Source: Naegleria gruberi (lineage: Eukaryota). From it: a stretch of DNA of 64,000 bases. The notes below the pieces were generated by a model, which ran no database searches, had not been told where the DNA came from, and saw nothing but the letters and a program-made list of their open reading frames with translations. The stretch lies in NCBI GenBank assembly GCA_000004985.1, contig GG738847.1. The stretch is one strand, 5' to 3'. Position 1 is the stretch's first letter. Each line of letters begins with the position of its first letter. Both the position numbers and the translations under genes were made by a program. Positions 10,701 to 20,857 of the stretch are shown here, in pieces.

Positions 10701-12878
10701 TCTAACACAAGAACTTGAAGCAATAGCAAATTGATTTTCATCGATTGGAGTTGGTGGAACGAGAGTACATTCATCATCGAACATCTTAAGGAAGACATTA
10801 TCAGGATTAGGCAAAAGAGTTTCACAGACAAGACTATATCTCTTCTTTGCTTCTAATTCCCATTTTTGTCTGCTAACAGCAATAAATAAATGTTGATTGT
10901 TGGTTGAAACGAAAACATCAATAATATTTCCTAGAGTTTTGAATCTGTTCAATTTCTTGAGAGAAACATAGGCTTGAGGTTTAACAAGGTCAATATCCAA
11001 AGCCATTGCATGAATTTCCATAGCAGCAGAAGCTTTAGCAACATAGATATTTTGTTGCCAATATCCATAGAAGAAACTGTAAAGGTTTCTTACATCTCCC
11101 ATACCACCATTGAAAATTTCAATTTCACAAGTTAAGTTCTTGGCAGCTATTCTACAAGATTCCCTATGAGGTGGTCTACCAGATCCTATATATTCCATTT
11201 CGCAAAATACTTCAGGATTGAGTTTACCTCCTTCAAAATAAGATTGAACGGCTCCAGTAGTATGGTTTACATCCATGAATCTTGAGGTAATTGAAATAAT
11301 TTCTGAATCAAACACTTCATAATTTTCAACGTTATCTTCACATTCACCGTTAGCATTGATAAATTGAGATCCACTACAGGCAAAATTCTTTGCTCTGTTT
11401 GCAGTGTTGGAGAAATCCCTTTCAAAGTTGTAGCTATAAAACTCTTCCATGTGATGAATGGTGAGTCTGTAAATTGGATTACTTGGACCGTTATAGGTTT
11501 GTGTTAATCCCAAAATCAAGAACATATTTTGAGAAACTGGAAATTGAACATTATCACAAGTGGTTTGTCTTGTAATTGCTAAAGGTCTTCTAATCTTTTC
11601 AGCCACTAAGTGAGAATAGGTGATTTCAGTGTACTCAGGGGCAACATAGAAAGTATTCAACAAGTCTTTGGTGGTAAAATCAATTTCTTTTTGTGGGGCA
11701 TCTCTTTCTGAAAATTCAAAAATTCTAACCTCCTTATCTGTTTGAATGCTTACCAAAACTCTAGAGGTGCTCAATTTCTTAGCGAATAAAAAAGTTGGAT
11801 CGATACGCATTGGGGCAGATGGAGAAAACTTTCCATGTTGATGGGCAAGATCAAAGACAACATTCTTGTTACCTTCAGGAACAGTAATTGTCCATTTGGT
11901 GACCTTGAACTCATTTTGTGAAACTGCTTCAGGTTGAATAAAGTAAATTTGATATTTTGTTGATGATATTTTAGCCAAAGCAACAGAATAAATATGTTGC
12001 TCTTGTGATTCTCTAACCATACGTAATTGTAAAACATCACTGACAGATTCATCTAATGGATAATACCAATTCTTTCCTTTGAGAGACCCATCAGCAAAGT
12101 CTAATGTAATGTTAAAAATACCATTAATATATAATTGGTTATTTCCAACAGCATTTTGAGCAAATGACAAGTGGTCATAGGCATCAGAACCATAACCTGT
12201 TTCCTTGGCATGTCCATCAAATTTGATAATATTCTTGAAAAGTTCTGGCTTATAGTAAATTCTTGTTGCTTTTTCAAACATATGTTCAAGGGTATTTCTC
12301 ATAAGGAAAATTCTACCATTTGAAAATGCTTCCACTACATAACTCATATCATATAGGATGAAATTTTCATCAAAACCTCTAATACCCACAATACTTTTAC
12401 AATTATTCATTTGGTCGTCATGTGGTTCAGAATGATTATAAGGCCCAGATTCACATTCATAACTAAAATCACCTTTTGGTATAATTGTTGTGTCAAAGAA
12501 AATGTCAGGTGTGCCAGCATACGGATTGACAACTTCACACCACATATTTTTGACGAAACTTCCAAATAATAAAGTTGGAACACAAACACCTGCACTTCCA
12601 GGTCCTCTAAATATATAATTTGTATTTGGTTTTGGAGGATCAACCTTGTTGATTGTATTTTGTTTTGAAATATAATCCCTTAGCTGAGAAAAAGCGACAG
12701 GATCATTTGGGAGAATTCTTTTTGAGCGAGGCACATTGTATCCACTAATTCCATAATTGCCTAAAAGTACTATGCACAGTACAAGACAACACAGAAGGAT
12801 TTTCAATGATGATGATGATAATATTGTTACTCCCCTGGAGGATCTGTTAAAACTACTATTAATAATAATATTCTTCAT
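7749..12878 (-). CDS. ABCG-family half-transporter (NBD then TMD) with an N-terminal ectodomain of ~900 aa
   Basis: Walker A is GLSGAGKST. The signature motif is LSGGQKKRVNVGIELV and Walker B is LFLDEPTSGLD. Six C-terminal TM helices follow, which fits the ABCG/White layout. Ahead of these lie a signal/TM segment, about 850 aa of ectodomain, a single TM (LLLVLCLLVLLACLYFAYGAAF) and then the NBD. Cys-rich repeats CPAGFYC / CPEGSFTYSLCPEGYYC / CPEGYFC sit just before the TM. Confidence 0.85.
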   Translation of the reverse strand: MKNIIINSSFNRSSRGVTILSSSSLKILLCCLVLCIVLLGNYGISGYNVPRSKRILPNDPVAFSQLRDYISKQNTINKVDPPKPNTNYIFRGPGSAGVCVPTLLFGSFVKNMWCEVVNPYAGTPDIFFDTTIIPKGDFSYECESGPYNHSEPHDDQMNNCKSIVGIRGFDENFILYDMSYVVEAFSNGRIFLMRNTLEHMFEKATRIYYKPELFKNIIKFDGHAKETGYGSDAYDHLSFAQNAVGNNQLYINGIFNITLDFADGSLKGKNWYYPLDESVSDVLQLRMVRESQEQHIYSVALAKISSTKYQIYFIQPEAVSQNEFKVTKWTITVPEGNKNVVFDLAHQHGKFSPSAPMRIDPTFLFAKKLSTSRVLVSIQTDKEVRIFEFSERDAPQKEIDFTTKDLLNTFYVAPEYTEITYSHLVAEKIRRPLAITRQTTCDNVQFPVSQNMFLILGLTQTYNGPSNPIYRLTIHHMEEFYSYNFERDFSNTANRAKNFACSGSQFINANGECEDNVENYEVFDSEIISITSRFMDVNHTTGAVQSYFEGGKLNPEVFCEMEYIGSGRPPHRESCRIAAKNLTCEIEIFNGGMGDVRNLYSFFYGYWQQNIYVAKASAAMEIHAMALDIDLVKPQAYVSLKKLNRFKTLGNIIDVFVSTNNQHLFIAVSRQKWELEAKKRYSLVCETLLPNPDNVFLKMFDDECTLVPPTPIDENQFAIASSSCVRGNVCGFFSKNQVRPSASKGTFVYRSLAEIPCILGSYCVAGIRIPCPFGYVCPDFAMDAPKKCDADYGYQTCYSQNLVSAYECPNGTLCTTDYLIPIPASPGHFVKKTIQPDGSLLLNGLALCEEGDYCNLGREVILTPENKTLTSLLCPADTYCVNASILQPSLCSFTNDSMDYCPPGTVEKDLCPAGFYCENPNSIKECSLTQYCPEGSFTYSLCPEGYYCPNASLKVICPEGYFCRQGFIEPSTCSWFFSSCPEGSPTDRMTIGGLLLVLCLLVLLACLYFAYGAAFKFYVKMSARQREENPHEASSLFSRAQKQQNYGSSFHEEQFTVDIGFQDLGLVLRGSGKKVLDGVTGEIKHGKLTAVMGLSGAGKSTFITTLSNRAYYGAQVGKVFVNGVEEPLSKYNRKIGFVPQDDIMISSMTVEETLFFSAKTRLDANTPSKQIDSIVNDVIKVLRLEDVRHSIIGDQEKRGISGGQKKRVNVGIELVSSPYVLFLDEPTSGLDSASSKEVCEALQAISSCGITVITVIHQPRYEIFNMFDNLLLLGKGGRTIYLGSVHRVEEYFKEIGFTKPLGTNLADFVIDVSAGLMERDDGEEFHPTDLPAIWDRLKVKYADDQTGIAQHLPPIENESPTSFEGTIQATEVKSCCKTNAPPARVNKFKNPRIPYFSQFWMCFKRSCTQLLRTLPSLVLDYALVFLCGAFLGLIYYNKVYIGPPPKSVYEMCPNGLEEICAQPLEDPIYATSSLMTLAMALMGAMSALRVFGNEYLVFYRESQTGLSTFCYFWAKDISMFIVNIFAPMVFLGIYYTTVAPRAPVYEYYYVLLLVYWTSYGLGYFISIIIQPNISQLTAVVIVFIFNTFSGATTPLPTFKSMYFPINILPYLSYLTYSHENAYLIELKRYENIYDLSKSLKIMGYEWDEFYMSIYMMVVFGFVFRIISFMSLVCVKPSSFYNLAVIATHNFFSTQARKIFSLCKRSSSNV

Positions 12879-13712
12879 TGTAAATAAATATATATATTAA
12901 AAATTGGAATCTTCCGATCTGATGATTCTCAAATTATTATTCTTCTATATATTGATAAGTATCGTTAGGCTAACGACCACACAATATTGTTGTTGTTTGT
13001 TGAAGACTCTCTATCGAAGAACGCTGCAACTGTTGAACGAACAAAAAAAAATCACAAAAAGGCTTTTTCGATTTTGGCGCGAAAAGAGTCAGCAGCACGA
13101 GTTGTTGTGAATTTTTTTGTTGTTAAAATTTCATTTCATGTGATGGATGTGATGCATGTTCGGAGTCATCTCGGGAAAAGAAATTGTCTCCGTAAACAGG
13201 AAGATAAAAAAACTCTAGGCAACAAGTCAGACAAGTGGAGCAACATTGTTAACAAGGTCAAATAATAATCATTCCACTCTGAGCATTATAATAGTTTGAT
13301 TATATTGTATCATGTAATGAAATATTATATGCGGATGAATACATTTCCATTTCCGATAACACCTCTTAAGAGTTCCTAAAGGAAAATTCTGTTTGATGTA
13401 TTCCGAGTAGGCTATGGAAATGTTTCCTCAAACAAATTACCGTAAATTTACATTAAGGAAGCTCAGTATTTAAGGAAAATTTCACATTCTTATTCTCGTT
13501 TCGATTTGGAAGTTAAAGAATACTGTAAATTCTAATGTATTTATTGTAACAACATTCAAAAAAGGAATAGGAATTCACATTTTGTTATTTACCAAAAGAA
13601 AATGGACAGAAATATCATCTTTCATAGAGTATGAAAGTACAAATAAAACCATTGTAAAGTAAATTTGAAAGATGTGAATTCCCAATAAGTTTTAAAATTA
13701 GATCAGAAAAAA

Positions 13713-16058
13713 ATGCCTGGAAATCACCATCACACTCACCCACACAAAAAGCAGCACCATCACTCAAACAATCCTGCAGCAAATACTTCCAATAGTAATA
13801 CTAATACCAATAATACTAATAATAATAATCAGATGCAACAACAGCATAGTAGGGAAGGAAAATCCAATAATTCTACCAATTATATAAATAATAATACTAC
13901 AACTAATAATAATAATTATTACCATCAACAACAACAACAATCCATGCCAAATAATGCCACTCGATTCAATCACAATTACAATTCTTCTAATAACAAGTAT
14001 AATAATTATAATAATAGCAAATCGATCGTGATCCAACCGAATCCTTCTACACTCAATAATAGACCATCATTGACACCATCACCAATTCCTTCAGCATCAT
14101 CAGCTTTGAAAAGTAATAATTTGAGGAAAAAGTTGGAGATTATTTTGGAAGAGAGGATTGCTCAGAATGATTTGTGTTTTTCAATTTGTAATCATTATAG
14201 GGCAATTATTAATCATTTGGAAAAGATCAAGTTTGATTCGAAAGAAAAGCTGCAATCATTCTTGTTTTTAAAAAGTCAACTGGATGCTAAATTTGAATTT
14301 TATATTGTAAAAAAGATAATTATTCCACATTTAATAATTGCTTTGGGTGTTGAGGCTTATGAAGTTAATCAGAATTCTCAACAACCGTCTGCAATACCAG
14401 ATAAGAAGAGCTATAATTTAACTGCTCGTCCTAAAAAAGTTGAAAGTCAGACAGAGCAAGCTAAATTGATTGAATTAGCTCCAAAATTGAGTAGTTCAGG
14501 AAACGCTTATTTTTCATTAGAATTTGACAGTGTCAGTGTTATTACTAGATTATTTTATGAACTTATCAAAACAAGCAAAAAGCTCTTTCGTTTGATGAAT
14601 ATCAAAATTATTTATGAGAAGAATGGATTTGAAAATCTTGATTTCACATCCCTAAAGAAAACTCTTAGTTTTTATAAGCATCTTTTACCAGCTCATGCCA
14701 CATTTATGAAATTGAAGGGTATAAGAAACGATTGGGCTCACTTTGTAAATCCAACGACCATTCCATCACATATTATAAGGGCCTGCTTTATTTTCTGTCG
14801 TGAAATTTATGACCACTATCTCAGTATTACAACACCCAATTCAGATTCCAATTTATATATGAAGAGAAAAATAACTCTACATGAAGGTTTTGAGTATGAC
14901 TACAAGATTTGGGAATCTAAATCTAAAATTATTTCTGGAGTTGTGGCTCAATTTTGTCAGAAGCCAGAAAAAAAGAAGCAATCTGCTCTTAGAGTTGTTG
15001 AAGTGCTATCAGGCAGTTTGAAGAATGGAGGTCATCAAGAGAAAGATTTAGATAGACTTTGCAATGAGATTTTATTGAATTTGTTACCAAGATCTCCATA
15101 CCTATTGAAAGAAATGCAACAGATTAATGAGAAGGAAACACCAAGGGAGGATATTGTTTTCATTCTTCTTTCAAACGAATTCCAATCAAGAATCAAAAAG
15201 GACGAGCAATATGTTAAGGCTTTTAGTGGAACAAACTTGACAGATCAGAAATTTGTTAGCAAATCAGTTTTCTTCAAGGCTATTGTAACGAATATGAAGA
15301 ATGAAAACGACCATAGACAATTACTATTCGAAAGAGCTTACCATTACTTTATATTAGAAAAATGTTTGAAGAATCTCAAAGATCATAATTTTGAAGAAGT
15401 AATTATTCAAAAGTTCAAACAGGAAAAGAACATTAATACCCCAAAGGAACTTTATGAGAGGATATTGACAGATATTAATACACAAGTGGGCGAATTCAGA
15501 AAACTTTGGGTCTCTATTGCTATTGCCTTTAGTTCGTGTACTAACTTGGAAATACCTGATGCAATCAAATATTTGTCTTGGGCTCTGAAAGAAATGACAA
15601 TGACCACCAACAAATTTACATTTCCCCACATTATCAAACCTTACATAGTATTGGTGACAAAGTATCTCTGCCAATTCAATGATATAATGTTGTCGAATTT
15701 AATTCATTCGAGTGATGTAGCTATTTTGAAAACAGTGACCATTAGAGTTTGTTTGGCCTCGCTATTGAAATTCTACCATCTTTCTCCTGAAATCAGTCAA
15801 TTATTTATTGTTGCAAGAGAACAAATCAAAAGTATGGACCCTCAAATCTTACAACAATTAGAGGCAGAAGATTATTACGTCTTGAATGCAGATCCACAAA
15901 ATATCAACAAGGATTTGCTTATTCCAGTTGAGCTCACCTTTTCCGACTTGTGTAAGAATGAACGTGCTAATATTTCAGTGGAAGGATGTTTCGCATTCTC
16001 CTCATACCAAGAAATTCTGGAAGACGACAATAATACAGAAAACCAAACCGAACAATAA
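13713..16058 (+). CDS. Hypothetical protein with a low-complexity N-terminus (~130 aa rich in N/Q/H/T) and a structured C-terminal region
   Basis: 781-aa ATG ORF. The N-terminus reads HHHTHPHKKQHHH...NNTNNNNQMQQQ...TNNNNYYHQQQQQ. I cannot place the C-terminal ~600 aa in a family. Confidence 0.5.
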   Translation: MPGNHHHTHPHKKQHHHSNNPAANTSNSNTNTNNTNNNNQMQQQHSREGKSNNSTNYINNNTTTNNNNYYHQQQQQSMPNNATRFNHNYNSSNNKYNNYNNSKSIVIQPNPSTLNNRPSLTPSPIPSASSALKSNNLRKKLEIILEERIAQNDLCFSICNHYRAIINHLEKIKFDSKEKLQSFLFLKSQLDAKFEFYIVKKIIIPHLIIALGVEAYEVNQNSQQPSAIPDKKSYNLTARPKKVESQTEQAKLIELAPKLSSSGNAYFSLEFDSVSVITRLFYELIKTSKKLFRLMNIKIIYEKNGFENLDFTSLKKTLSFYKHLLPAHATFMKLKGIRNDWAHFVNPTTIPSHIIRACFIFCREIYDHYLSITTPNSDSNLYMKRKITLHEGFEYDYKIWESKSKIISGVVAQFCQKPEKKKQSALRVVEVLSGSLKNGGHQEKDLDRLCNEILLNLLPRSPYLLKEMQQINEKETPREDIVFILLSNEFQSRIKKDEQYVKAFSGTNLTDQKFVSKSVFFKAIVTNMKNENDHRQLLFERAYHYFILEKCLKNLKDHNFEEVIIQKFKQEKNINTPKELYERILTDINTQVGEFRKLWVSIAIAFSSCTNLEIPDAIKYLSWALKEMTMTTNKFTFPHIIKPYIVLVTKYLCQFNDIMLSNLIHSSDVAILKTVTIRVCLASLLKFYHLSPEISQLFIVAREQIKSMDPQILQQLEAEDYYVLNADPQNINKDLLIPVELTFSDLCKNERANISVEGCFAFSSYQEILEDDNNTENQTEQ

Positions 16059-16071
16059 AATTCCAAACAAT

Positions 16072-17337
16072 CTATTTATTTGAATTCAATGGGCAATCAT
16101 ATGGAAAATCTAGCCAACAAGCAAGCTCTGGATATTGCAAAGATAAAGATTTCACAATATATTCCCAAACTTCCCAATGAGATTTCGAGGTTGCTAAGGC
16201 CACCAGGTACGTTGGATCATTAACTGTTACAACTAACCAGGTCCCATGCTGTATTTCAGAAGCCAATTGTCCTTTTCTCCATGTAGCCAATCTTTGTCTT
16301 TGAAATTATTAAATAAATGGATAAAAACCAAATTAAACTTACTTTGCTTCCAGTTCTTCTACCAAATTATCTACGTATCGCTTGCTTTGTTCTTCTAAAG
16401 TTTGATTGACTGCCATGTTTATCAGAGACTCCTCCAGAATGGCATTGTTGTCTTCATAAATTTCCAAATCCTCATCAAAGTCGTTATACTCTCCATCTTC
16501 ATCAAAATCATTATTAACAGATACTTCTGGAGCGGCCACAGGTTCAATTGACAATGGAATTCTACTCTTCAATAAATTAGGGTCATTAGGATCTGTTAAT
16601 TTCTCAATATCAAATACCACATCAGAATCTGTGTTATTTTCAACCTTCTGATTTGTCTCATTAGTTTCCTTTTTACTTGTGGAATTCAATTGCTTTGATT
16701 TTTTCTTCTTTTTCTTCTTCTTTAATTCATGAGCACGTTTTCCCAGAATAACAGCAAAACGTTGTCTGTTATCAGGCAAGACATAGGCAGTTCTCTCATA
16801 AACAGGTGAAGATAACATTGGGTGTGATAACAAAATATTATATCTCTTTGGTTCTGTAGTATTTAAAATGTTAAAGGTTACATATTTTCCAATTTCATCC
16901 TCCGTTTCCTTCTCTTCTTCCTTAATTTCAGTCACTTTCTGTGATAAGAATAATTCCTTCACCTTGTCCGAAGTAATATTCATTTCACTTTGTACTCCAA
17001 AACAAACTTCCATAGCATCATTAGTATTCATTGCAATGTTATCCTTGTTCCTAAAAATATCTTTACATATTCTTTCCAAACTTTCATTTGCTACTATTTT
17101 ACTTTCCGAATCAATGTGAGGAGTATAAAAGAAGGCTTTCGGATGTTTAAATACTTTAGAAATTACGTATTGTCCAATAGCACTTCTTGTCCATCCACGA
17201 GTAATCATTGTACTACTCTTTGTATTTCTCGGATTAATAAGTGAATATTTTAGAAGGGGTTGGTTATCATATTGTCGACACAATTTGAGTACCGATTTGT
17301 ATAAAAAGCAAAAAAACCTCCTTTCTTTTTCGTTCAT
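16072..17337 (-). CDS. Hypothetical protein; 2 exons (17337..16343, 16297..16072) with a 45-nt intron
   Basis: The ORF-track stop (EAK*) overlaps a GTAAGT donor at GCAAA|GTAAGT. The acceptor ...ttcaaag joins in frame to ...KQRLATWRKGQLASEIQHGTWLVVTVNDPTYLVALATSKSHWEVWEY..., which is the separate 72-aa ORF. Internal K-run KKKKKKKKSK. Function unknown. Confidence 0.45.
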
Positions 17338-17475
17338 TTTTTTAAAGAATTTAAATTTTTTAATTCAAAATAGATTGCATGTGTGAAACAAGCAAAAAAA
17401 GAATCATAAGTAGATTCATGATTTAAGATTAGTCATTAATATGATACTGACTAAAAGTATCGAGGTGTTGTCTTT

Positions 17476-18609
17476 TTATTCATCAAAATCAAAGTCAGAT
17501 GGTGGTTCAAGAACTACATCATCTGGATAATAGACAACGTTAGTGAGGAAGAGACCGTGAGGTGGAGCTGAGCCCTTCTCTGGATATCTCATATTTGGAT
17601 TTTGAACGAGAGCTCTCAGATAGGTCGGATTCATCTTTCCAATACCAACCTTAACAAGTGCATCAACCATGATTCTTACTTGATTATGAAGGAATGAATT
17701 TCCTCTGATAGTGAACCTAATTTCCTTACATTTCGAAGTGGAAAAGAATAGAGGACTGATAGTTTGGTCCTGTTGAAGATCTATTTCCTCTACAGTGACA
17801 GAGTTGATGGTTTTAATTCTGGAAACTCTTTCTGGTAAATCAGATTTACAGAAATTATTAAAATTATGAGTTCCAATAAAATATTGACAAGCCTCTCTAA
17901 CATCATCAATTCTGAAATAAGTTTCCAATGATCTGAAATCCAATGAAATTTCTTGTTTAGTAGGACCACCTTGCTCATATTTAGCTCCATTAACAATCCA
18001 ATATTGATCTTGGATGAAAGGTACCTTGTAGGCCAAGTCAGGTTTTGGACCTGTTAACAAAACTCTGTATTGATATTCTCTCTCCTTAACACGATGTCTT
18101 GCATGAAAATTCATATCCTTCTTCTCACATGAACATATCACAATATCTTCATCCTTCAAGTAAAAATTCAATCCAAATATGACATTCTTTGCTGTGTAAT
18201 TTTCTCGTTTTTCAATAATTTCCGAAGCCACATCAAAATGGCAAGTATTATGAAGAGCATGAACACCAGAATCAGTTCTTGAACTTCCTACAATGTAAAT
18301 ATCATTTGTATTGAATAGTTTATGTAAAGATCCCTCTATATGTTTTTGAATGGTATTTCCACGTGGTTCTCCTTTGTTATTTTGCTTTTGATATCCGTCA
18401 TAATTATTTCCTCTATATTGAAAAATTAATTTATATCTGTCCTTTCTTTCCGTAGTATTGCTGTTAGTAGTATGATTATCAGAATAAAATCTTCTCAAAT
18501 AATTTGTATTATTTTGAATAATTTTAAGTGATGATGAAAATTTGTTCTTGTACGTTGTTCCGATAATAAGACTTCTATTGGTGGTATGTAGTTGACGTAA
18601 AATGTTCAT
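17476..18609 (-). CDS. tRNA pseudouridine synthase, TruA/Pus family
   Basis: The catalytic-Asp motif GSSRTDSGVHALHNTCHFD (RTDxGVHA) is present. A YQYRV motif follows. The N/S-rich N-terminal extension may be an organellar presequence. Confidence 0.75.
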   Translation of the reverse strand: MNILRQLHTTNRSLIIGTTYKNKFSSSLKIIQNNTNYLRRFYSDNHTTNSNTTERKDRYKLIFQYRGNNYDGYQKQNNKGEPRGNTIQKHIEGSLHKLFNTNDIYIVGSSRTDSGVHALHNTCHFDVASEIIEKRENYTAKNVIFGLNFYLKDEDIVICSCEKKDMNFHARHRVKEREYQYRVLLTGPKPDLAYKVPFIQDQYWIVNGAKYEQGGPTKQEISLDFRSLETYFRIDDVREACQYFIGTHNFNNFCKSDLPERVSRIKTINSVTVEEIDLQQDQTISPLFFSTSKCKEIRFTIRGNSFLHNQVRIMVDALVKVGIGKMNPTYLRALVQNPNMRYPEKGSAPPHGLFLTNVVYYPDDVVLEPPSDFDFDE

Positions 18610-18895
18610 TTTTAAATCAATTTTAATAAAATTTAATTTACTGCAATTTTATTCTTTGTTTTTAGGAAATTACTTCTTCCATTATTTCAGTTTAATTCAA
18701 ACGAGTTTACAACTACTTTATCTAGTTGATGCTGGAAGAAAATAAACTTAATTAATCAAATTTCTCCATTCTCAATTTTCTTTTCAAGTAATCATTTCTA
18801 TCTTCAAATGATAATATACGTTATCAAATCATATTTGATTGAATTTATTGATAGATACAAAGAGTATAATGTAGTATGAAAATAATTTACAAAAT

Positions 18896-19522
18896 TTATG
18901 AGAGTTGGTCAATTCTTGATTGAATAACTTTGAATTGTTCCATAACGCTCTTGACTGTGTCCTTGTCCATTTCAAAAAGTAATGTAGAATTGACATCACT
19001 TCTAGTTGATATTTGTACAACAGCTACACTTTCATTAATTTCACTAAGTTTGTTAATGTTGGTCTTTTGATCAATTCTCCATTTCATATCTATCATGGTA
19101 TTACCAAATTCTTCCTTAGAATCACTAATCAATTTTTGGTGAATTTGCAAAGAGTTTAATGACCAGAATTTAACAAATGATTGAACAAGTTCAGGAGTTG
19201 AGATGAAGGATTTTGCTTCCTCATCATTTGTTAAATATTCCTTCAAAGCATCCGAATTCCAATTTTTAAATCCAGCTAATTTAATGATTTGTTTACATTT
19301 CTTTGCAAATTGTGATTGTTCTTCAGTGAGAATTTCATTTCCGAATACTTGTTGATAGACAGCTGATTCTGTAATGTCTGAATCCTTTTCGTACATAATT
19401 TGATGTAATCCTTTCAACAATGCTAATAAATATTTTCCATCAATAGTGAAGGCAGTATTTTCGGATGGTGTATTAACAGTGTGAGCTTCATCAGTTTGCT
19501 CTCCAGTTTGTTCTGAAAACAT
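18896..19522 (-). CDS. COMM-domain-like protein (tentative)
   Basis: 208 aa. The C-terminal ~70 aa (KWRIDQKTNINKLSEINESVAVVQISTRSDVNSTLLFEMDKDTVKSVMEQFKVIQSRIDQL) has the COMM-domain pattern. This rests on pattern memory only. Confidence 0.4.
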   Translation of the reverse strand: MFSEQTGEQTDEAHTVNTPSENTAFTIDGKYLLALLKGLHQIMYEKDSDITESAVYQQVFGNEILTEEQSQFAKKCKQIIKLAGFKNWNSDALKEYLTNDEEAKSFISTPELVQSFVKFWSLNSLQIHQKLISDSKEEFGNTMIDMKWRIDQKTNINKLSEINESVAVVQISTRSDVNSTLLFEMDKDTVKSVMEQFKVIQSRIDQLS

Positions 19523-19680
19523 TTTTTATTATTATTATTTTGATGAAGATTTTTATTTGATGATCAGGAGCTAAAGGAGACAGCAGAAGAAAGATGATGA
19601 TTTCAAGTACTTGCATTGTGTTCTGGGATCCAAGAGTGTGATTATACCATGCATGGATAATAAATTAGACCTAGATTTAT

Positions 19681-20154
19681 TTACATTTTAATTTCCTTGT
19701 GAATGATAGAAGAGAATTGGATCCAATCCAATGCTGCTTGAATATCTTGTTCATATTGTGGATCCTGATCAAGTGTCCACGTGGTAAAATCATTGAATGT
19801 ATGCACACAACTTTTATCTTCATTGATGATGTATCCAGTTACTTGGAGTGGTGTTTCTTGTTGTTCGGAGAGAATAATCTTCTTTCCTTGAAGAGGTCTT
19901 CCTCTGAATGAACCTTCCAATATCGATTCATCATTACTATTTGGTTTTATATTAGGTTCAAAGTATTCCTCCACTTTGGCTTCCCCATCATGGTCAATGT
20001 GGCAAGGTAAGTGATGTATCTTTAGAGAGTCATCCGTTGAGTTTAATAATTTAATTTCCAACACATCATTATTTGAAATCATTTTTTGGAGGGAAAAATT
20101 AGGAGTGAAAGTGGTAATGTTATTGAAACAATTTACCAAACAAAATAAATTCAA
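19681..20154 (-). CDS. RNASEH2C: Ribonuclease H2 subunit C homolog
   Basis: HHLPCHIDHDGEAKVEEYFEP...EGSFRGRPLQGKKI...VTGYIINEDK...FNDFTTWTLDQDP...QAALDWIQFSSIIHKEI runs parallel to human RNASEH2C (HLLPCEVAVDGPAPVGRFF...EVSFRGRCLRGEEV...VGYVMVTEEK...FSRFTLWGLE...ALTWPSLAAAIH). 157 aa. Confidence 0.6.
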   Translation of the reverse strand: MNLFCLVNCFNNITTFTPNFSLQKMISNNDVLEIKLLNSTDDSLKIHHLPCHIDHDGEAKVEEYFEPNIKPNSNDESILEGSFRGRPLQGKKIILSEQQETPLQVTGYIINEDKSCVHTFNDFTTWTLDQDPQYEQDIQAALDWIQFSSIIHKEIKM

Positions 20155-20410
20155 TGAAACCTACAGAATTAACTTTGAATTAAAATTGAATCTAATTGTT
20201 TTGGTTATATTAGTTTCTGTTATCATAAGAATGTCTAAGGGTGAAATAGGTTTTGATAGTTTGAGTTACAATTTTAATTAATAATTATTGCATTTCGGAA
20301 ATGATTTTTAATTGTTTTTTTATTGAGCAAAGTAGCCAATCTATTTAGTGTTTTTGAAAATTTAAAAGGTAAGAAGAGAAAAGAAAACTGTGATGAAGTG
20401 AAAGTAAAAT

Positions 20411-20857
20411 TTAAGCAAGGACGATACCCATAGTACGGTTGTAATTATTTTCCTTGATTTTTTGTCTTCTCATCAATTTATGCATTCTCTTTACTTCCGC
20501 AAAGGTTAATTGTTGTCCACTGGCCTTCTTTGACTTGAGTTGTTCGAGAGAAAGGTCTGTTGCTCTAGAAATTTCCAATAACCATTCTGGATAAGCTTCT
20601 GGGGCTTTAATAACTGGGTTTTTACCTTCCTTCAAAATGTTGATGTTGAGTTCGTGTCCTTCTTGACCAAATCCTTTCGAGCCTTTTGGTGCTTCAGGTC
20701 CGTACTTTTTTACTAAATCTTTAATTTCTTGCTTTGATAATGATTTGATTGCAACCAATCTATTTGTTCGCAATTGGCTTGTGCATATCGAAATTTTGAG
20801 AGTGTTATTATTGTTGAGGCAAGGTGAAAGGACTTTGGTGGAGAGTTGTTTCAGCAT
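20411..20857 (-). CDS. MRPL54: Mitochondrial ribosomal protein L54 (yeast MRPL37 family)
   Basis: The conserved EAYPEWL motif matches human MRPL54 (DSEYPEWLF...LEEL...RRQNI). A basic N/S-rich N-terminal presequence is present. 148 aa. Confidence 0.6.
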   Translation of the reverse strand: MLKQLSTKVLSPCLNNNNTLKISICTSQLRTNRLVAIKSLSKQEIKDLVKKYGPEAPKGSKGFGQEGHELNINILKEGKNPVIKAPEAYPEWLLEISRATDLSLEQLKSKKASGQQLTFAEVKRMHKLMRRQKIKENNYNRTMGIVLA

